From NCBI GenBank assembly GCA_964626685.1, contig CAZVJY010000010.1:1499-65498 (forward strand): a stretch of DNA of 64,000 bases. Direction: 5' to 3'. The position numbers were made by a program, and so were the translations under genes. The stretch comes from an uncultured Flavobacteriaceae bacterium (GTDB taxonomy: Bacteria; Bacteroidota; Bacteroidia; NS11-12g; UBA955). This document shows, piece by piece, positions 49,901 to 60,273 of this stretch. Below the pieces are notes generated by a model. It did not search any database. It was not told where the DNA came from and worked only from the letters and a program-made list of their open reading frames with translations. The first letter of the stretch is position 1. The number at the start of each line of letters is the position of its first letter.

Positions 49901-50284
49901 CTTCGCAGAAAGCTGGGTGAACTGAGAAAAGCCATGGAGCAGGGCGGAAACGGTGCCGGTGCCAAAACCCTGAGAGATACTGAGAAACTGATGGAAGAGC
50001 AAGAGAAGGAAATGGTGAACAAGCGTTTCAGCATCGAGCTCATTGAGCGGCAGAAAGAGATCCAGACCCGACTGCTTGAACATGAAAAGGCCGACCGAAG
50101 CCAGCAGACTGAAGAACAAAGGCAGGCAAATACACCGGGAGATTACACCCCAACGGCACCTGCATTCATTCAAAAGTATATGCAGGAAAAGCGCACCGAA
50201 CGTGAGGCTTTGCGAAGACCACCGGCTGAACTTACACCCTATTTCAGGGAAAAAGTGAATTCCTATCTGCAGAAAATTCAGTAA
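46910..50284 (+). CDS. Large (1124 aa) membrane-anchored protein with a central ~450-aa highly charged coiled coil (DUF4175-like)
   Basis: Two or three N-terminal transmembrane helices are followed by a globular region. From about residue 500 the sequence is extreme E/K/Q-rich with heptad character (QQKLQQQKDEFQ..., KKLMEEIQKLLEQK...), then a C-terminal domain with a Gly/Lys/Gln low-complexity stretch. The antisense ORFs across this region are low-complexity artefacts. Confidence 0.6.
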   Translation: MATEILNRLDAFIRKYYLHKLVRGLMLSVALLLGLFLLIAFSEYFAFFPVWTRTLLFWAYTALTVTVLWLWIARPLLGIYRLGTVISYDEAAKIIGAHFGNVQDKLLNLLQLEAMARQHPDSALLLAGIEQKTRELKPVPFTGAINLKANRKYLKYAAPPVVLLFLLLLFQSHIITDGSKRFFQYSKHFEKQAPFRFQLLNKDLHCKRGAAYSLELQFEGRSLPEEAYLLLKGQRIKMLKNGRDKFTYEITNVQDDFPFQFEAMGFESQPFLLKLMPDPAMTDAEATVVYPAYTGKGTEKFSNTTEFQLPEGSVITWNFRARDAQTLEVIRAQRREQIVPKKGVFAYRMVCAARELVRVLPRHSKAKGSDTLQYSISAIADAFPEISVEKKDDSSSVRRFWFVGAASDDYAVGSVAIKYRFTESDNAGKLRAGWMTAPVKISPGSRVDFLYGLDMDALGMAPGESVEYYFEARDNDGIHGPKVSKTAVQPLRRQTLKEVRDDADKKSDKVQQMMQQAFSQSRQMQKEAQELQQKLNNGKNLAWEEQQRVEDLLRKQQELEKKIAEMKTEQQKLQQQKDEFQAQKPESLERKKQMDELLKQMENPEMKKLMEEIQKLLEQKASKEKIAEKMNEMRQMNKEQARDLNQLMEQFKELQLEQKLNDNLDRLNKLSEKQDKLAEKTKQQQGDKDGKLKEEQQKLSDEMREIRKDLKEALEMNKDLEKPMSLDLGEQEQKQAESSQQKAGSELEGGKNKKASESQKDAAEQMKKAAEKMQKSMEQEQQKRMAEDYQALRLLLENLVETSVEQEDIFTELSRIREYNPRFVELNKRQMVVREQCALLEDSLRALAKRQPMVSTFVSKEIARINNNMDMALEGLKIRDLRGAAMREQFVMTGLNNLAVMLLESMQNMQQKMSEQNKKQGKGSCSNPGGKGKGQGKPNKGDKLSKGQEQLGQMLQEMQKKGQNGKTGKDGQPKPGEGQQGREMNEEYARIALMQEALRRKLGELRKAMEQGGNGAGAKTLRDTEKLMEEQEKEMVNKRFSIELIERQKEIQTRLLEHEKADRSQQTEEQRQANTPGDYTPTAPAFIQKYMQEKRTEREALRRPPAELTPYFREKVNSYLQKIQ

Positions 50285-50679
50285 TGCAGAAAACCGCCAC
50301 CATTTTGTTTTATGACGGGCATTGCAATTTGTGCCACGGGGTGGTGCGCTTTGTGGTTAAGCGAGATAAAAAAAAGGTTTTTTTAATGGCACCTCTGCAG
50401 GGTGAAACGGCAAGGCAACGTTTGTCGGAAGAGTTGCTTTGTTCAGACACGGTTGTGCTGCTGGAAGGTGATAGTGTTTTTATAAAAAGCAAGGCTGCAT
50501 TCAGGGTGCTCAAACGGCTTGGATTTCCCTGGTCGGTCTGGTGTGTGCTGGATTTTTTACCAAAATTTCTTACAGACTTTGGTTATGATACCATAGCCCG
50601 AAGCAGGTACCGGATCTGGGGGCGGCGCGACGTTTGCGAACGGCCCGAAGTGGCAGATCAAGAGCGGTTTTTGCCATAA
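50284..50679 (+). CDS. Thiol-disulfide oxidoreductase DCC family protein (DUF393)
   Basis: 'LFYDGHCNLCHGVVRFV' matches the DCC motif. The TAATG start overlaps the upstream stop. Confidence 0.75.
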   Translation: MQKTATILFYDGHCNLCHGVVRFVVKRDKKKVFLMAPLQGETARQRLSEELLCSDTVVLLEGDSVFIKSKAAFRVLKRLGFPWSVWCVLDFLPKFLTDFGYDTIARSRYRIWGRRDVCERPEVADQERFLP

Positions 50680-50710
50680 AAAAAGCCCGCGGCAATTACG
50701 CCGCAGGCCC
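50677..50710 (-). terminator. Rho-independent terminator of ssb (hairpin plus U-tract on the minus strand)
   Basis: The minus strand reads ggggcctgcggc-gtaatt-gccgcgggc followed by ttttttt. Confidence 0.5.
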
Positions 50711-50734
50711 CATGAAAAACACAATACGCAATTT

Positions 50735-51154
50735 TTAAAAAGGGAGTTTATTTTTGGCTTTGTCTGCCTTTTCGGCAACCGGTTTTTCATCTGCGGGAAT
50801 CTCACCTTCTGATTCCGGCTTGCGTCCGTCGAAAAAAGAAATTTCCTGTACCAGGATTTCGGTGATGTAGCGCTTTTGCCCATCAGAACCGGTGTACTCA
50901 CGGTGGGCTAGCTTCCCCTCGATGGCAAGCCGACTTCCTTTTTTTACAAAGCGCTCTACCACATCTGCCTGCTTGCCCCAGCATACCAGATTGTGCCATT
51001 CGGTGTGGGTGATGTACTCGCCGGTTTCTTTGCGGCGCTTTTCGGTGGTGGCGAGGCTCAGGGAGGCTTTTTTACGGCCGGTGCCAAATTCTTTTACTTC
51101 GGGTGTGCGGCCTACATTGCCAATCAGTCTTACGGAATTAACTAAGTTTGTCAT
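50735..51154 (-). CDS. ssb: Single-stranded DNA-binding protein
   Basis: An OB-fold ('VRLIGNVGRTPE', 'TEWHNLVCWGKQAD') and an acidic tail ending '...KLPF'. Confidence 0.9.
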   Translation of the reverse strand: MTNLVNSVRLIGNVGRTPEVKEFGTGRKKASLSLATTEKRRKETGEYITHTEWHNLVCWGKQADVVERFVKKGSRLAIEGKLAHREYTGSDGQKRYITEILVQEISFFDGRKPESEGEIPADEKPVAEKADKAKNKLPF

Positions 51155-51320
51155 ACGATAAAAACATTAAAAATTTGTGTTTGAAAAATTTGTTGATGCA
51201 AAGTTGATACTGAAGAAAACATGCTTGCGGTATGAAAACAGTTACTTTCGGTTGCAAGTATTTGCTGTCGTTTGCAAATAGATAAATAAGCCTTGAAAAA
51301 GCGGTGTTTTCTTCGGAAAA

Positions 51321-52985
<1,665 letters not shown>

Positions 52986-53005
52986 AATTTATTACACGTA
53001 AAAAC

Positions 53006-53728
53006 ATGACAAAAACACATAAAATCGCAGGAATCGCCGCCGTGTTGATGCTGGCAGCCTGTGGCGGAAAACAGGTAAATCCGGGTAAAGCGCTGAAAAC
53101 GTCAGCCGATTCATTCAGCTACACTGTTGGTTACCAGGTGGGCAAATACATGAAAGGAAGTGGTGTGGACAAGATTGACTACAGTTCGCTCATCAAAGGT
53201 ATTGAAGAAGCGCTCAAAAAGGATAGCGGATACGCAGTGGCAGAGAAAGATCTGCAGCGCGTGCAAACAGCCTATATGACCCGTGAACGCGAGAATAAGT
53301 CGAAAACGCTGAAAGAGGCCGCGGACAAGTGGATGGCAGATAATGCCAAAAAGCCCGGTGTTGTAAAACTTGCTTCAAAAGGACAGTACAAACTGCTTGA
53401 AAAAGGTACGGGAGCCGTTGCCGGTAAAAACGATACCCTCACATTTCACCTAAGGGTAAAAACCGAGAAGGGAAGGTTGTTTTTCAATACACGGGACAGA
53501 CAGCCGGCCGGTATCAGCAGCAGCCTTACAGACATGGCCATGACACCCGCTTTGATGGAAGCATTTGAGAAACTGCCCGCAGGTTCGAAGTTTGAGGTAT
53601 ATACCACCATGGATGCTTCATCGCCTGTAAGCCAGTATGTGAAGAGCTTTGAAGAGATGTACGGTATCGCTGTTTTTGAAATCGAGTATCTTGCGGTAAA
53701 ACCGGGTAAACAGGATTTAGGCAAATAA
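53006..53728 (+). CDS. FKBP-type peptidyl-prolyl cis-trans isomerase lipoprotein (FkpA/FklB-like)
   Basis: Lipobox 'LAACGG', an N-terminal helical domain and a C-terminal FKBP-like domain. Confidence 0.65.
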   Translation: MTKTHKIAGIAAVLMLAACGGKQVNPGKALKTSADSFSYTVGYQVGKYMKGSGVDKIDYSSLIKGIEEALKKDSGYAVAEKDLQRVQTAYMTRERENKSKTLKEAADKWMADNAKKPGVVKLASKGQYKLLEKGTGAVAGKNDTLTFHLRVKTEKGRLFFNTRDRQPAGISSSLTDMAMTPALMEAFEKLPAGSKFEVYTTMDASSPVSQYVKSFEEMYGIAVFEIEYLAVKPGKQDLGK

Positions 53729-53754
53729 ACGCAAAAGAGTTATGACAAATAAGG

Positions 53755-53788
53755 CTGCCCGTCGTTAATCGGCGGGCAGTTGTTTTTT
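53755..53788 (+). terminator. Rho-independent terminator after the FKBP gene
   Basis: ctgcccgtcg-ttaat-cggcgggcag followed by ttgttttttg. Confidence 0.6.
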
Positions 53789-53851
53789 GGGTGCATGCCC
53801 ATCTTAAAAACTGAAGGGCTTTTCCATTCAATATCACCTTATCTTTGTACC

Positions 53852-54736
53852 ATGACCTTTCGCCGCGTGGTGCCCGCTCTATTGCCCGATTATGAACTGC
53901 TGGACACCGGTGGTTTTGAAAAGCTGGAGCGGTTTGGGAAATATGTGCTGCGAAGGCCAGAACCACAGGCGGTTTGGGACAAGGCCATGCCAGAGAGTGA
54001 GTGGGAAAAACGAGCCCATGCCTCTTTTTTTCGCAAAGGCGAAAAAGATGCAGAAGCCGGCAACTGGCAGGTAAAGCCAGGCATGCCTGACAGGTGGATG
54101 GTTTCCTATAAAACAGATGGCTTGAACCTGCGCATGCGTCTGGCATTAACGGCATTCAAACATGTTGGTATATTCCCAGAACAGGCCGAAAACTGGGACT
54201 TTATCGCGGGCAGTCTTGCAAAATGCAAAGTGAACCGCCCTCGTGTGATGAATTTGTTTGCTTACACCGGTGGGGCCTCTCTTGCGGCCTGCGCAGCAGG
54301 TGCAGATGTAACGCACGTAGACAGCGTGAAACAGGTGGTTAGCTGGAGCAAGGAAAATATGGAGGCTTCCGGATTGAAAGACATTCGCTGGGTGGTGGAA
54401 GACGCATTTAAATTTGTGCAAAGAGAGGTAAAGCGTGGTAAAACCTATCATGGTATCATTCTGGATCCACCTGCCTATGGCCGCGGTCCCGATGGAGAAA
54501 AGTGGATACTGGAAAAGCAAATAAACGATTTAATTGAAATGTGTTCCCAGCTGCTGGAGTCAGAGCATGCATTTTTTCTTGTCAATTTGTACAGTATGGG
54601 TTTTTCCCCTGTGATTACTGAGAATATGGTGATTTCACACTTCCCTGCACAGCCCTTTGAAAGCGGAGAGCTTTTGCTGAAAGACAAGGCCGGAAGAAGT
54701 TTGCCAACAGGGACTTTTCTGCGGTTTTACCGTTAA
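53852..54736 (+). CDS. Class I SAM-dependent methyltransferase (RlmI/RlmK C-terminal-domain-like)
   Basis: 'MNLFAYTGGASLAAC' and 'ILDPPAYGRG' are SAM-MTase motifs I and IV. The track start at 53780 lies inside the upstream terminator, so the ATG at 53852 is preferred. Confidence 0.7.
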   Translation: MTFRRVVPALLPDYELLDTGGFEKLERFGKYVLRRPEPQAVWDKAMPESEWEKRAHASFFRKGEKDAEAGNWQVKPGMPDRWMVSYKTDGLNLRMRLALTAFKHVGIFPEQAENWDFIAGSLAKCKVNRPRVMNLFAYTGGASLAACAAGADVTHVDSVKQVVSWSKENMEASGLKDIRWVVEDAFKFVQREVKRGKTYHGIILDPPAYGRGPDGEKWILEKQINDLIEMCSQLLESEHAFFLVNLYSMGFSPVITENMVISHFPAQPFESGELLLKDKAGRSLPTGTFLRFYR

Positions 54737-54785
54737 CAGACATCTGTATAGCTTTGAATTCGTAAATTTGTATTTTATACCAAAC

Positions 54786-57560
54786 ATGCGCAAACATTTT
54801 CTGCTTTTGGCTCTTACTTGCCTTGGATCAACTGTTTTTGCCCAAACCGATATTTTCCAGCTTATGGAAAGAAAAGACCTTACGCTCGATGAAATTGAGC
54901 GCAGGGCCGAGGTGTATTTTCGGGAACACGGTACCGGAAAGGGTAGTGGCCATTATCAATACCAGCGCTGGCTGTATGAGCGCCGTTTTCATACGGATGA
55001 AAAAGGTAATTTTATTGAGCCGGAAAATGAGGACAGAGCCTATCATCAGGCTGTGCGCAACATGGGTGTAAAAAGCCGTGGTGTGTTTACCTGGAAGGAA
55101 GTGGGTCCAAAGACATGGAACCACACCAGTAGCTGGAACCCGGGTGTGGGACGGCTTACCTCGGTTGCAGTAAATCCTGCAAATGAGAATATCATTTATG
55201 TGAGCAGTCCCGGTGGTGGTATATGGAAAACCACCGACGGCGGCCAAAATTGGGAACCCTTAATTGACTTTGTGAATTCAGGATGGATGAATGTTTTTCA
55301 TTTGTGCCTTGATCCGAATAACGAAAATACACTGTATGCTTCACTTACATCAGGTGGTGTGTTGAAATCTACCAATGCAGGAGCCACATGGGTTACCACA
55401 GGTTCTGGTCCATCGAGCAGCCGACAGGTAAAGGTATTTCCAGGCAACGCAAATTTGGTTTTTTGTGCTGCCAATAATGGATTGTGGCGTTCTGTCAACG
55501 GCGGCGCTACCTGGAAAAGGGTGGAGACGAACACTTCTGAGGATGTAGAGTTTAATCCCGCCAATAAAGCCATAATGTATGCCTGCGGCAACGGTGGAAC
55601 TACTTACGTTCGCAGGTCTGCCGATACCGGCAAAACCTGGATTGGTATAGACACGACAAAGGGGATGTTGAAGTTGGGAAGAACTTTGATTGCGGTTACT
55701 CCCGCCAATCCTGCCAGGGTTTATGTGCTGCAGGCTTCAGGTAGTGTAATGGGTCGGTTTTATGTTTCCAATGACAGCGGAAAAACCTTTCAAACCACTG
55801 TCATTGGCAAAGCTTCAGAGGGTACGAATTATTTGGGCTACTCGCCTGATGGAACTGACACCCGCGGACAAGCATCCTATGATCTTGCTATTTGTGCCAA
55901 TCCTGTTAATCCCAATGAGGTTCATATTGGAGGTATAATATGTTTTAAATCAGTTGATGCAGGACAAACATTTACTGCAACCACTGTGTGGACCTATCCC
56001 AATGGAATAGGCTACAATCATGCCGATGTGCATGCACTGGAATGGGTTAATACTACTATATATGCCGGTACCGATGGCGGTATATTCCGCAGCCCTAACA
56101 ATGGCGGCGATTGGGTGGATCTGACAACCGGTTTGGGTATACGGCAGTTTTACCGCATTGCTTGTTCGCCTATTGAGCCCAAAATAGTTATTGGCGGAGC
56201 CCAGGATAACGGAAGTACTTTTAGGCGTACGGACGGGGTTTGGTACGAGTGGCTCGGTGCAGATGGGATGGATTGTGTTACATCACCCAATGATCCTGAG
56301 GTTGCTGTAGGAACAAGCCAGTTCGGAAATTTATACAGGACTGAGAATTCCGGTCAAAGTTACAGAAACCTAACCAGGCCAGTTGCGGGTAACTGGGTTA
56401 CCCCCCTTGTAATGCATCCAACCAATCACGACACACTTTGGGGCGGTTATAACGGGGTGTATCGCAGTGATGATGGCGGTTCCTCATGGGATAAACTTAC
56501 CACCGGTATTAACAATAATCTGGATGTACTGGCAGTTGCTCCTTCAAATACGAGATACATATATACATCAAGAGGAAATATTCTATACCGAAGCGCAAAT
56601 GGGGGCGCAACATTAAAAACAATTACCGCACCCGCGACTATTACCTCCATTTTTGTGAGTAAGTATAATCCGCTCAGAATATGGATTTCCTGCAATAGCA
56701 GCACCAACAGGGTTTACCGGTCCGATAATGGCGGAGATGACTTGGTTGATATAAGCGCCGGACTTCCCACAATGGCAGCCCGTTCTGTGGTGGTGGATGA
56801 GGATGCCCATCAGACCATCTATGTAGGGATGAATATCGGCGTTTTTTACCGCGATACCATAACCAAATCCTGGGCAGAACATGCAGTTGGACTGCCTTTG
56901 GTGGCTGTAAACGAAGTGGAATTGCAAAAATCAGGAGCCAAACTGCGCGTGGCAACCTATGGACGTGGTGTGTGGGAAAGTGATTTGCGGAATGTGGTGT
57001 TGCCCTGTGCTCCGCCTGATAAGAATTTCATGATGGTTGATGGTGTAAACCACTTCAGTGCTCGCGTTAGCTGGAATCCTTCAGACGATGCTGTTACCTA
57101 TACCACGCAATATAAGCTTTCCACTGATACCGGTTGGATTACCAAATCTGCAGCAACCACCAATACACGAGATACGTTTACTGGTTTGAAGTCCAATGCG
57201 GCATACAAATGGCGTGTAAGAAGCAATTGTAACATGAACAATGGTGTTTTTGCCGAAGGTAGCTTCAATACACTCGTGAATGGGTTAAACAAAATTGGTT
57301 CCGGTTACAGTGCCCTGCGCATTTATCCCCAGCCTGCAGGCAATCTGGTAAATATGGCCTTTTACACGACACAGGCGGGTGTTGCCGGAATAACCATGTA
57401 TGATATGGCCGGAAATGCTGTGCTGGGAACCAGATTGAACGCAGCCGCAGGTGAAAACAAACTTCCTCTGGACGTGGCTATTTTGCCCGCCGGTCGTTAC
57501 CTGCTGAAAGTGCAGACTGAAAACAGATTGATTACCGGCACATGCGTGCTGGTTAAGTAA
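54786..57560 (+). CDS. T9SS-secreted BNR-repeat beta-propeller protein with an FN3-like domain (paralog of 26099-28699)
   Basis: Signal peptide MRKHFLLLALTCLGSTVFAQ. More than 10 SxDxGxTW/F repeats. An FN3-like segment ('APPDKNFMMVDGVNHFSARVSWNP...YKWRVRS'). A T9SS CTD at the C-terminus (...RYLLKVQTENRLITGTCVLVK). The track start at 54768 is TTG. Confidence 0.7.
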   Translation: MRKHFLLLALTCLGSTVFAQTDIFQLMERKDLTLDEIERRAEVYFREHGTGKGSGHYQYQRWLYERRFHTDEKGNFIEPENEDRAYHQAVRNMGVKSRGVFTWKEVGPKTWNHTSSWNPGVGRLTSVAVNPANENIIYVSSPGGGIWKTTDGGQNWEPLIDFVNSGWMNVFHLCLDPNNENTLYASLTSGGVLKSTNAGATWVTTGSGPSSSRQVKVFPGNANLVFCAANNGLWRSVNGGATWKRVETNTSEDVEFNPANKAIMYACGNGGTTYVRRSADTGKTWIGIDTTKGMLKLGRTLIAVTPANPARVYVLQASGSVMGRFYVSNDSGKTFQTTVIGKASEGTNYLGYSPDGTDTRGQASYDLAICANPVNPNEVHIGGIICFKSVDAGQTFTATTVWTYPNGIGYNHADVHALEWVNTTIYAGTDGGIFRSPNNGGDWVDLTTGLGIRQFYRIACSPIEPKIVIGGAQDNGSTFRRTDGVWYEWLGADGMDCVTSPNDPEVAVGTSQFGNLYRTENSGQSYRNLTRPVAGNWVTPLVMHPTNHDTLWGGYNGVYRSDDGGSSWDKLTTGINNNLDVLAVAPSNTRYIYTSRGNILYRSANGGATLKTITAPATITSIFVSKYNPLRIWISCNSSTNRVYRSDNGGDDLVDISAGLPTMAARSVVVDEDAHQTIYVGMNIGVFYRDTITKSWAEHAVGLPLVAVNEVELQKSGAKLRVATYGRGVWESDLRNVVLPCAPPDKNFMMVDGVNHFSARVSWNPSDDAVTYTTQYKLSTDTGWITKSAATTNTRDTFTGLKSNAAYKWRVRSNCNMNNGVFAEGSFNTLVNGLNKIGSGYSALRIYPQPAGNLVNMAFYTTQAGVAGITMYDMAGNAVLGTRLNAAAGENKLPLDVAILPAGRYLLKVQTENRLITGTCVLVK

Positions 57561-57566
57561 ACCTTC

Positions 57567-57920
57567 TTAGAGACTGCAGAAGCTTACATAAGCGCAAAGG
57601 GCGAGCAATACCGCGTTGATGGCGATGTTCTTAAACTCTTTGTGCTTGTAGTGGTGCAAGGCTGCAAAAATCATGGTCAGGCCCAGGCAGGTTGAGGACA
57701 TCAGCGTAACAATCGGCAGAAATCCTGTTAATGAAGGGAGAATTACGCCCAATGCACCCAGCAATTCAAGAATACCTACCAGCCTTACGGATGTTTCGGG
57801 ATATTCGTTAACCCAGGTCATACCGGCGCCGGACAGTTGTTCCATGCTGCGGGTTGCTTTCATGATGCCTGCCAGTCCGAAGAGGGCGGCCAGAATAATT
57901 TTTACAATTAGGAGTGTCAT
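57567..57920 (-). CDS. DoxX-family membrane protein
   Basis: Three or four transmembrane helices, about 117 aa, with a DoxX-like hydrophobic pattern. Confidence 0.65.
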   Translation of the reverse strand: MTLLIVKIILAALFGLAGIMKATRSMEQLSGAGMTWVNEYPETSVRLVGILELLGALGVILPSLTGFLPIVTLMSSTCLGLTMIFAALHHYKHKEFKNIAINAVLLALCAYVSFCSL

Positions 57921-57975
57921 TGTTGTTTAATTTGTTTGCAACAATAGAAAATGTGACTCAAAAATAAAAACTGGG

Positions 57976-58449
57976 TTATACCGCTTTTACCGGAATGTAG
58001 ATTTCTTCTTCGCTGTCGGGGTGTCCTTGAATATAGCCTGCAGGCAGTTTTTCAAAGTGGGGGCGGTTGTCCAGTTCATATCCTGATTGCGGCAGCCATT
58101 GGGTGTAGATGTAATTGAAAATAGATGTGTCAGGTCCTTTGTGGTTAAATACAGCATATAGACCTGCAGGCAAGGCAAATGTTTCCCATGGCGAATCCAT
58201 GCTTTCGGCATACTGTGCTGAAATCAGGGCGTATTTTATGAACGCATTATCAGGATTGAAGCTTTCGAAATACTTTTCCGGGTACACATTTACCGAATAA
58301 AAAAAGTCCGGTTCTGCAGTGATAAGTTGTTTTTGCTGCTGCCGGAAGCTGCTCCACAGGATTTGAGTTTTGTTATTCGAAAGAGACATTTCTGTCGAAA
58401 TGCCGCATAGCATTACTGCAGGGCTTTTAAAAAAACGGGGATATTGCAT
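57976..58449 (-). CDS. GyrI-like small-molecule-binding domain protein (AraC-effector-domain-like)
   Basis: About 158 aa; the 'PAGLYAVFNHKG...' layout is typical of GyrI-like. The track start at 58467 is TTG; the ATG at 58449 is preferred. Confidence 0.5.
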   Translation of the reverse strand: MQYPRFFKSPAVMLCGISTEMSLSNNKTQILWSSFRQQQKQLITAEPDFFYSVNVYPEKYFESFNPDNAFIKYALISAQYAESMDSPWETFALPAGLYAVFNHKGPDTSIFNYIYTQWLPQSGYELDNRPHFEKLPAGYIQGHPDSEEEIYIPVKAV

Positions 58450-58482
58450 GTTGCAATTTCCCCGCAATCAAGATAACAACAA

Positions 58483-60054
58483 TTAGATTTTACTAACAAT
58501 GGTGTTTTTGTATCCTTCAACTGACAGAAGATATTGACCCGAAGCCAAGTGGCTGATATCCAAACTTCCGCCGTCAATTCTTCCTTCAAGAAGTATTTTG
58601 CCTCCAATATTGTAGAGGGTGAATTTTGGGTTTGAACCTTTGAGATTTTGTATTTGTACCAATCCTAAGCTAGGGTTGGGAAAGAGAATAGGTTCTTCAG
58701 CTTTGTTGGTTGCAGTATTCAAAATTCCGAAACTAACCATGTTGGATATGCCAGGAGAAAATGAACCGGAACCGGAATGGCAAGCAACATCGGGTCTGAA
58801 ACCGATGGCATAGCGGTTGTTTCCTGAAGGAGGTGTTAAATCGCTGTAGGATCGGGTGGTAACAGCTACGCTGCCGATTTCGGTAAATGGACCGTTTTTG
58901 TTGCTTCGGTAAATTACATACGTACTTATGGGATAAATACCCATATAATCTGTCCAGTTTAGGTTATTCTCTCCATTTACCCCCAAACTTGCTGTCAGAT
59001 GCATTGTTGTATGGGTGTACCAACGGTTTTCTGCAGATTCATTTCCGCATGTGTCCAAAATAGAAACGTAATAGGTGTAGGGTCTTTGTTTAGGTATGGA
59101 TGCTGAATCGATATACTCGCTTTGGAATGGGTTTGTTATGGTGGCAATTTTATTGAAGGTGCCAAATGTGGAGGTCTCGCGATACACATAATAGGCTGCG
59201 GTGGCCCCGGGGTTTGCCGGTGTCCATTTTATCTTGTTCTTTCCGGTTGCACTGTCTGCCACCACTATGCACAAAGTCTGTATCGTGGGTGTCGTGGTGT
59301 TGATATAAATACTGTTTGAGCGGAAATAACATCCATAAAGGCTGTCATTAACCGTTACATAATACTCACCGCTGGTTTTGGCATAAATGGTGTTTTTGTT
59401 TCGGGTACCGGTGGTCCAGTTGTAATTGTAGCCGCCTGAAGCTTCCAGTTTAACACTGTCACCCAGACAAAAGGCCGTATCTCCCATTGCTTTGATTTTT
59501 AAATTATCCAGCGAGATAATATTAAGGTATATTGTGTCACTGGTAATTCTGCATTTCCCGGAAGTGGTCTTGGCAAAGTACTTGCCTGATTTGTTTACAC
59601 TGATGCTTGTTGCAGTTTCACCGGTGTTCCACTGAAATGGCGCATTTGAAGTTGCGAACAGATTTAAAGACTGACCTTTACAAAGGGTGATGTTTCTTCC
59701 GGGATATGGAAAGGCGGAAACAGAAAGAAACTTGTCAGACAGCTGCACGTTCATTACCGGAGTGGTGTCTGCACATCCAAAAACACTGTCAACGGCAGCA
59801 ACCTGAAAATTGCCGGAGAAGTCAATTACTCTTGTTTTTCCAATGTAGCCGTCATTCCATATTATGTAACTTGGATTGCCTGTGTAGGAAACGGATACGG
59901 TAATTTGGGTAGCACAGGTGTCAATGCTTAGTTTTGGGGTGGTAAACTGCAGATTGTAGTTGGTATAACAGCTGAAAGCACTTTGAGCATGCGCTGAAAC
60001 GGTAGTTGCAAATGCCAGTAAAGTAAAAATGGACAATGTTTTTAAATTCCTCAT
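58483..60054 (-). CDS. T9SS-secreted protein with Ig-like/FN3-like repeats
   Basis: Signal peptide MRNLKTLSIFTLLAFATTVSAHAQ (ATG at 60054; the track ORF extends to 60162). Cys-framed repeated beta domains. A C-terminal T9SS sorting domain (FPNPSLGLVQIQ...LLSVEGYKNTIVSKI). Confidence 0.65.
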   Translation of the reverse strand: MRNLKTLSIFTLLAFATTVSAHAQSAFSCYTNYNLQFTTPKLSIDTCATQITVSVSYTGNPSYIIWNDGYIGKTRVIDFSGNFQVAAVDSVFGCADTTPVMNVQLSDKFLSVSAFPYPGRNITLCKGQSLNLFATSNAPFQWNTGETATSISVNKSGKYFAKTTSGKCRITSDTIYLNIISLDNLKIKAMGDTAFCLGDSVKLEASGGYNYNWTTGTRNKNTIYAKTSGEYYVTVNDSLYGCYFRSNSIYINTTTPTIQTLCIVVADSATGKNKIKWTPANPGATAAYYVYRETSTFGTFNKIATITNPFQSEYIDSASIPKQRPYTYYVSILDTCGNESAENRWYTHTTMHLTASLGVNGENNLNWTDYMGIYPISTYVIYRSNKNGPFTEIGSVAVTTRSYSDLTPPSGNNRYAIGFRPDVACHSGSGSFSPGISNMVSFGILNTATNKAEEPILFPNPSLGLVQIQNLKGSNPKFTLYNIGGKILLEGRIDGGSLDISHLASGQYLLSVEGYKNTIVSKI

Positions 60055-60273
60055 ATTAGGTAAAATGTTTAAATGCGATGTTGCAAAATTCTTTATCAGA
60101 GCTATTAGTGATATCATAGATGCGTCATCAATACTTCTGTTTAATGAATAAGCCAGACTCATTAAACAAAAAAATGGTGAATAGGTTTGGTTGGGTTTAA
60201 AACAAGATTTACGAATTAGAACCGGAATGTGCCGATATCACTCCTAAGTACTTTGGGATAACACAAGTTAATT

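Noticed and set aside
47830-50173. Several long antisense ORFs (258, 204, 332 and 194 aa) on the minus strand inside the 1124-aa coiled-coil gene
   Set aside because: They are artefacts of the GAA/AAG/CAG-rich low-complexity coding sequence. Their translations are Leu/Ser/Phe/Cys-rich nonsense with no start context.
50557-50901. 114-aa minus-strand ORF spanning the DCC gene 3' end, the terminator and the ssb 3' end
   Set aside because: It overlaps two well-supported genes and a terminator hairpin, so it is spurious.
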